Assembly (NCBI GenBank): GCA_041659405.1
Contig: JBAZYK010000004.1
Span: forward strand, 1-32,000
Direction: 5' to 3'
DNA: 32,000 nucleotides
Origin: Candidatus Altimarinota bacterium
GTDB lineage: Bacteria > Patescibacteriota > Gracilibacteria > UBA1369
How positions within the stretch are numbered: the stretch's first letter is position 1; every line of letters begins with the position of its first letter. The notes under the pieces were generated by a model that was given only the letters and a program-made list of their open reading frames with translations, ran no database searches and was not told where the DNA came from. This document shows, piece by piece, positions 26,856-32,000 of this stretch. A program made the translations under genes and the position numbers.

Positions 26856-27011
26856 TTGTATTTTTGTTTAGAAATGTATTTTTTTTGTTTGATCAGAACA
26901 TATTAGCACAAATGGACGGATTTTTAAATACACAAGCCCTTATTGCTTGATAGATTAAGTTGACAAAAGTGTGAATTATATGGAAAATGCAAAGCCGGCA
27001 CACGTTGATCA

Positions 27012-27040
27012 TTGTCCGATTTTAAATCGTACTTTATACT
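27012..27040 (+). promoter_or_regulatory. Candidate promoter TTGTCC - 17 bp - TATACT, 6 bp before the argS ATG
   Basis: Hexamers at 27012-27017 and 27035-27040; ATG at 27047. Confidence 0.4.
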
Positions 27041-27046
27041 GCAGTC

Positions 27047-29875
27047 ATGAAAATACGCCTATCAGAACAGGTCATTCAAAAACTTCCCGCAATTGATGTT
27101 GCCGTCATTGTCATTAAAAACATCAACAACAAAAGGAAAAGCTCAATGGTTGCTCAGCTTTTAAGAGGTGTTTGCGCCAGCAAGAAACAGCAGTTAAAAA
27201 AAGAAGCGCCAGAACCAACCTTAATGGAGGGGTCAATTTTGGCTGAAACGTATTTGTTGGATAGCCTGCTTAAAAAGGTGGTAAAGGGGACCGAGATCAA
27301 AAGTGAAAACAACCTTTCGGACATGGTTCATCATTTAATGATCAAAAATTCAGTTCCAACTCTTGGCGTGGATCTGGATCAAATTGGCAAAGATATTGAA
27401 ATCAAATTCATTGTTCCTAAAAAAGGCAAAAAGGCACAGGACTTAAATTTCACACCGGAAACCCGGAATATTGTTCTTTGGTTGATGAATACCGATCATA
27501 ATTCACCGGAGGAATTTGAAGAATTGGTTCTGGAATTTTCAAAAACCATCCAGAAATATTGCAATGGTTTGTTGGATGACATCTACTATCTAACAGTCGA
27601 AAATCCGGAAACGGATCTTAAATATATTTCAGAAAGAGAGCTCCACCCTGAGGATTTTGAGGAAAAGGATGTAAAGGGTTCAACCACACGCAAAACTGGT
27701 TCGATTACCAACAAAGATGGTGCGATGGAAACTTCCGAAAAAATCACCCCGGAAAAACCACCAAAAAATATTTCACCTGATCAAAAATCACTGCTTGAAC
27801 CAAAAGAGCCAAAATCTTTTGTGTTTGAGCCTTCCATAAGAGATCAACTGCAACAGGAACTTGAAAAAGCGGTACAGTTAACTTTTGCGGGAAACGGCAA
27901 AATTGGCTCACAGATCAGCGAATTGCAGATTGAAATTGAAACTCCACGTGAAGCCGGGCATGGTGATTATGCCAGCAATATTGCTTTAAAACTTGCGAAA
28001 ATAGTTGGCAAAAATCCTCGTGAAATTGCCGAACAAATCCTGAAAAATATGCCGGTAAAGACGGAAACGGAGCAAAATCCGGTTGTGACAGTTGATTATC
28101 TGGAAAAAGCCGAAATCGCCGGAGCGGGGTTTATCAATTTTCATCTTTCCCAAAGTCATCTTAAAAAAGAACTTCAAAAAATTCTCGATTTCCAAAAAGA
28201 TTATGGCCGAATTGAGCTTGGTAAAGGGCAAAAAGCCGTTATCGATTTTTCTTCACCGAACGTTGCCAAACCTTTGGGCGTGCATCATTTGCTTTCCACT
28301 TTGATCGGGCAAACTGTTATAAATATTTTACGTTTCGCCGGTTTTGAAGTGATCGGTGTGAATTATTTGGGGGATTGGGGAACTCAATTTGGCAAACTGA
28401 TTTATGCTTACAAAAATTGGGGTGATCGCGCAGTGATAGAAACTGATCCTCTTAATGAACTCCTTAAATTATATGTCCGTTTTCATGATGAGGCCGAAAA
28501 ATACGCGCATCTGGAAGAAAAAGGCCGTGAAGAATTTAAAAAATTGGAAGAAGGGGACAGCGAAAATCGCAAAATTTGGGAATGGGTGCGTGAAATCAGC
28601 ATTAAAGAACTTGAACGTTTGTACAAAAAATTGGGCGTTCATTTTGACGAATATTTGCCGGAAAGCATGTACGAAGAAGGCATGAAAGACATTCTTAAAG
28701 AAGGCAAAGAAAAAGGCATTTTTGTCGAAGGCGAAAAAGGCGCATATATTGTTCAGTTTGATGAACCGCAGGCGGAAAAAGGCGAAAATTCCGAACAGGC
28801 TTCAGCCGCTGCTCCAGCACCAGCCACTGCCGCGCTTCCACCATATCTCGTCCAAAAAGGCGACGGCACCACGCTTTATTCAACTCGCGATTTGGCTTCC
28901 ATGAAGGATCGCGTTGCGCGTTTTCATCCAACTAAACTCATTTATGTTGTTGATATCGCCCAGTCTCTTCATTTTAAACAACTGTTTGCCACAGCCAAAA
29001 AAATGGGACTGGATCTTGATCCGGCTAACCCAGGGCAGGACAACATGGCGATTTCCAGCTCATCCGCCGCGGCTAATCCGGCCGCAGTTGATTTAACCCA
29101 CGTAATTTTCGGTCGCATGCAATTTCCGGAAGGCAGTATGAGCACCCGCAAAGGAAATATAATTTTGGTTGATCAGCTGATTAAAGAAGCGGAAGAGCGT
29201 GCCCAAAAAATCATTGACGAAAAGGGCGTGGAGATTATTCCCGCCGAAAGAAAAACGATCGCCGAAGGAATCGCGATTGGAGCAATTAAATATCAGATTA
29301 TTTCTCAAAATCGTGAAACCAACATGATTTTTGATTGGGATCGCATGCTGGCATTGGATGGCAACAGTGCGCCATATTTACAATATGCCTATGCGCGTGC
29401 CGCCAGTATTATCCGCAAAGCCGAAGAAAAAACTTTTGTGCCGGTGAATGATGGCCCGCAGACCAATATTTTTGAAATGGCTAGGGAAGCGGAAATCAGG
29501 GCCGCACAGGAAACGGAAAATCGCGAAAAAAACAACGAAAACAGTTCAGACACCCGCACAGAAACCGGCTCTGCAAAACCATCAGAAGCCGAATCCAAAA
29601 TTTATGGGTACCCAACTGAACAGGCGCTTTTAAGGGCGCTGGCCAAATTTCCCGAAGCCATAGAGATGTCTGCCAGGACCTACAAACCAAACCTGCTCAG
29701 CAATTACCTTTACGAACTTACTCAAACCTTTAACGGCTTTTATCAGGAGGTTTCCGTGCTAAACACACTGCGTGAAGACCTCAGAACTTCCCGCCTTGAT
29801 TTAGTTCACGGCTTCACCCAGGTACTAAAAAACGGCCTAACCATATTGGGTATTCAAACTTTTGAAAGGATGTAG
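27047..29875 (+). CDS. argS: Arginyl-tRNA synthetase with N-terminal B3/4-like domain extension
   Basis: ArgRS: GHGDYASNIALKLAK, SSPNVAKPLGVHHLLSTLIGQ, NYLGDWGTQFGKL, STRDLASMKDRV, FGRMQFPEGSMSTRKGNIILVDQLI. N-terminal ~200 aa: LLKKVVKGTEIKSENNLSDMVHHLMIKNSVPTLGVDLDQIGKDIEIKF. Confidence 0.93.
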   Translation: MKIRLSEQVIQKLPAIDVAVIVIKNINNKRKSSMVAQLLRGVCASKKQQLKKEAPEPTLMEGSILAETYLLDSLLKKVVKGTEIKSENNLSDMVHHLMIKNSVPTLGVDLDQIGKDIEIKFIVPKKGKKAQDLNFTPETRNIVLWLMNTDHNSPEEFEELVLEFSKTIQKYCNGLLDDIYYLTVENPETDLKYISERELHPEDFEEKDVKGSTTRKTGSITNKDGAMETSEKITPEKPPKNISPDQKSLLEPKEPKSFVFEPSIRDQLQQELEKAVQLTFAGNGKIGSQISELQIEIETPREAGHGDYASNIALKLAKIVGKNPREIAEQILKNMPVKTETEQNPVVTVDYLEKAEIAGAGFINFHLSQSHLKKELQKILDFQKDYGRIELGKGQKAVIDFSSPNVAKPLGVHHLLSTLIGQTVINILRFAGFEVIGVNYLGDWGTQFGKLIYAYKNWGDRAVIETDPLNELLKLYVRFHDEAEKYAHLEEKGREEFKKLEEGDSENRKIWEWVREISIKELERLYKKLGVHFDEYLPESMYEEGMKDILKEGKEKGIFVEGEKGAYIVQFDEPQAEKGENSEQASAAAPAPATAALPPYLVQKGDGTTLYSTRDLASMKDRVARFHPTKLIYVVDIAQSLHFKQLFATAKKMGLDLDPANPGQDNMAISSSSAAANPAAVDLTHVIFGRMQFPEGSMSTRKGNIILVDQLIKEAEERAQKIIDEKGVEIIPAERKTIAEGIAIGAIKYQIISQNRETNMIFDWDRMLALDGNSAPYLQYAYARAASIIRKAEEKTFVPVNDGPQTNIFEMAREAEIRAAQETENREKNNENSSDTRTETGSAKPSEAESKIYGYPTEQALLRALAKFPEAIEMSARTYKPNLLSNYLYELTQTFNGFYQEVSVLNTLREDLRTSRLDLVHGFTQVLKNGLTILGIQTFERM

Positions 29876-29946
29876 GGACGCGCGCAGCCCTTGACGTTAG
29901 AAAAATACCTGACGGATTTGAATGTCCGGGCAGAGATTTGCAGCAC

Positions 29947-30031
29947 ATTATTTACACACAAGCAAAGTTATTGCATCCACTTGTGCACGTGCACAGATTT
30001 GCAGCCAAATAATGGCTACCGCGAGCCGTTT
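29947..30031 (-). repeat. Palindromic element copy C with extension shared with copy D
   Basis: Minus strand AAACGGCTCGCGGTAGCCATTATTTGGCTGCAAATCTGTGCACGTGCACAAGTGGATGCA (29972-30031). Confidence 0.88.
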
Positions 30032-30102
30032 GATCGTAAAAAATAGGCGGGCGTACAAAAAGACTTGCGCAACATTTTTTACTTTCCCCACGCACGAAGT
30101 GC

Positions 30103-30411
30103 TTATTTTTTCTGCGAGCTGACCGAGCTCCCCAGCCTGGTTTTTAGCAAAAAAATCGTATCACTGCGTAGTTTGGCTTTCACCCAGTCTTTCTGCTTTT
30201 CATCAAGTATCTCCCCCATTCCGGCCAGAATGCCCCGATCGCCAAGTTTTTCAAGTGACTTTATGCATTTTTTAAGAAAACTTTCGGTCATCATCCCAGT
30301 CCTGTCTAAAATGATTTTCTGATTGATTGGCCTTAAAATTTTTGAACGAATATGTTTGACCATCACAGACAATATTTTTAGTCTGATAAGAAGCGACAAA
30401 AATATTACCAT
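30103..30411 (-). CDS. Hypothetical small protein
   Basis: 102-aa ORF in the interval between repeat copies C and D; weak coding evidence. Confidence 0.35.
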   Translation of the reverse strand: MVIFLSLLIRLKILSVMVKHIRSKILRPINQKIILDRTGMMTESFLKKCIKSLEKLGDRGILAGMGEILDEKQKDWVKAKLRSDTIFLLKTRLGSSVSSQKK

Positions 30412-30564
30412 AATATTGAAAAATTATGCCTTGGCGTATCATAATAAAAGCCAAATATAAGAAAAAACCTAACCTTTGACTCAAATTATAACAATAAATT
30501 GCCAGACCATTGCCCCGATCAGCCATTCGGCGGAGGAATCAGCGGACACAAGAATTTGCACAAT

Positions 30565-30649
30565 ATTATTTACACACAAGCAAAGTTATTGCATTCACTT
30601 GTGCACGTGCACAGATTTACAGCCAAATAACGGCTTGCGCAAGCCAATT
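30565..30649 (-). repeat. Palindromic element copy D with extension shared with copy C
   Basis: Minus strand AATTGGCTTGCGCAAGCCGTTATTTGGCTGTAAATCTGTGCACGTGCACAAGTGAATGCA (30590-30649); contains the 14-bp palindrome GGCTTGCGCAAGCC. Confidence 0.88.
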
Positions 30650-30739
30650 CCATTTTTAAAATCGTCATTGGAAGAGCGGTGACTTTACACTGCAATTCCC
30701 TAAATTACGCCAAGTGCTTTTCTCGCATATACAAAAAAT

Positions 30740-30843
30740 CATTCTAAAAATTGTCATGAGCAAAATGAGGAAATCTAAATTTTGGGTCTTGTGGGTCCCA
30801 AAAATTGGATTTCCGATTAACGCGAATGATAATTTTTAGAATT
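30740..30843. repeat. Nested imperfect inverted repeat (~104 bp)
   Basis: Outer arms CATTCTAAAAATTGTCAT (30740-30757) / ATGATAATTTTTAGAATT (30826-30843), 16/18; inner arms AATCTAAATTTTGGG (30772-30786) / CCCAAAAATTGGATT (30797-30811), 13/15. Confidence 0.7.
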
Positions 30844-30866
30844 CACTATAGGGAAAAAGTTCCCCA

Positions 30867-30888
30867 AAAGAAAAAACCGACAGGTTTT
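30867..30888 (-). terminator. Candidate terminator of tRNA-Cys: AAAACC-TGTC-GGTTTT followed by T-rich tract
   Basis: Perfect 6-bp stem at 30873-30888; minus strand continues TTCTTTT. Confidence 0.5.
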
Positions 30889-30904
30889 GTCTTTTGATTT
30901 GCTT

Positions 30905-30980
30905 TGGAGGCGGCGATCGGATTCGAACCGATGCATAACGGTTTTGCAAACCGCTGTCTTAACCACTTGACTACGCCGCC
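30905..30980 (-). tRNA. tRNA-Cys (anticodon GCA), CCA encoded
   Basis: Minus: GGCGGCGTAGTCAAGTGGTTAAGACAGCGGTTTGCAAAACCGTTATGCATCGGTTCGAATCCGATCGCCGCCTCCA; anticodon loop TTGCAAA, discriminator U, acceptor GGCGGCG/CGCCGCC. Confidence 0.95.
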
Positions 30981-31046
30981 CCGCCTTTTACACCGTTGAA
31001 TGATAGTGGGATAATTCGGAAAAAGCAATCCTGGAGGAGACCGCAA

Positions 31047-31181
31047 ATGACCAAGCCATTCTTGGATCGGATCATCGGATTTTTTCTCTGCTCTCCAGCC
31101 AGACCCAGAGTGGGGATTCCAAATCTGTCAAAGCCATATCGCGATCCTTTATTGCGGCTAAACTTTATTGTAGTAGAATAA
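31047..31181 (+). CDS. Possible small ORF with strong Shine-Dalgarno (MTKPFLDRIIGFFLCSPARPRVGIPNLSKPYRDPLLRLNFIVVE)
   Basis: GGAGGAG at 31033-31039, 7 nt before the ATG at 31047; 44 aa. Confidence 0.3.
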   Translation: MTKPFLDRIIGFFLCSPARPRVGIPNLSKPYRDPLLRLNFIVVE

Positions 31182-31214
31182 GCCTCGGTTTAAATTATTT
31201 AATCTCCCCAAAAT

Positions 31215-32000
31215 ATGGCACAAAAAATAAAACGACATTTTCTCAAACGGTTCATTACATCGATAACCCTGCTTTGTCTGGGGCTTCCATCGATATTACT
31301 TCTCACGAGTCAATTGGCCGTTGCGGGTGTGCCAACGGGAACCATGACCGGTTCAGCCCAAATATTGACTGTCGGCGTATCACCTGTCGCAATGAACGCA
31401 ATAACCGTTACCGATGATGCTCTTAGTGCACAAATTACTTCGGGGAATGATATTAGAATCAGGATCCCTGCGGCCGTAAATGCCACTTGGGACCCAGCAG
31501 ATGCCACAGCTACACTTACGCAACCAGCGGTAACAGGGGTAGTCAGCCCCGCTGTAAGCTTCGCTGACTCCAATAAAACTTTAATATTAGACGTAACAAC
31601 TGGCTTTGCAACTGGTGAATCTGTCGTAATTTCAGGTTTATATTACATCCCTACGGCAGCTTCAACTGCAACAGTATTGGATTGGGCGGTTGACGGTGCG
31701 GTGCCAACCTATCTGGCTGGTGATACCACTACCGGCATCACTGTCACCGCAGCGGACGCAGCAGCAACACTTACAAAAGCGAGTGCAATATCGGGTAGCA
31801 CAGGCGATTTGACATTGGTCATCAATACGGGCCGTATATTAGCAGTTGGAGAAAAAATCAATATAGATTTCCCTGCGTCTTATGCAGTAGCCGCCACGAC
31901 AGGAATCGTAGCCGGTTCAATAACACTCAATGGTACTAACGCGACGATGAGCGCATCAGTTGCCTTGCAGACATTAACATTGACTGTGGCAGACTTCGCT
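31215..32000 (+). CDS. N-terminal part of a secreted Ala/Thr-rich repeat surface protein, truncated by the window end
   Basis: Open from ATG 31215 to the window end, absent from the ORF track because it has no stop; MAQKIKRHFLKRFITSITLLCLGLPSILLLTSQLAVAGVPTG signal peptide then beta-rich repeats. Confidence 0.75.
   Translation, partial: MAQKIKRHFLKRFITSITLLCLGLPSILLLTSQLAVAGVPTGTMTGSAQILTVGVSPVAMNAITVTDDALSAQITSGNDIRIRIPAAVNATWDPADATATLTQPAVTGVVSPAVSFADSNKTLILDVTTGFATGESVVISGLYYIPTAASTATVLDWAVDGAVPTYLAGDTTTGITVTAADAAATLTKASAISGSTGDLTLVINTGRILAVGEKINIDFPASYAVAATTGIVAGSITLNGTNATMSASVALQTLTLTVADFA

Noticed and set aside
30476-30682. Track ORF containing ...CIHLCTCTDLQPNNGL
   Set aside because: It is a read-through of repeat copy D and flanking DNA, with no independent coding signal.

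Overview
The window is a gene-dense bacterial chromosomal segment, probably from a candidate-phyla (Patescibacteria/CPR-like) genome; the taxonomy is inferred from gene style only. Recognisable housekeeping genes include murI, guaA, an aspartate kinase, lysS, dnaB, a YraN/UPF0102 gene, an aminotransferase, a comM/YifB-type gene, murA, a ComEC-like metallo-beta-lactamase, argS and a tRNA-Cys. The most notable signals are as follows. (1) A dense array of TGTCTA/TAGACA sites (18 hexamers in about 620 bp) overlaps a gene for an HTH + coiled-coil + C-terminal-TM protein, a possible membrane-tethered DNA-anchoring or autoregulated system. (2) A 60-nt ungapped palindromic element occurs in four copies. 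Two sit inside coding genes (comM-like and HNH) in the same reading frame, like Rickettsia palindromic elements, and two are intergenic. (3) A structured element has a 43-nt identical core (GUGA tetraloop hairpin) inside outer stems whose sequences differ between copies but remain self-complementary. (4) An ArgRS carries an N-terminal B3/4-like (COG3382-type) domain. (5) A PAP2 phosphatase is fused to a CTP-dependent lipid-kinase-like domain. Several housekeeping proteins also carry apparent in-frame loop insertions. No CRISPR array or rRNA was seen. All family names come from reading motifs by eye, not from database searches.
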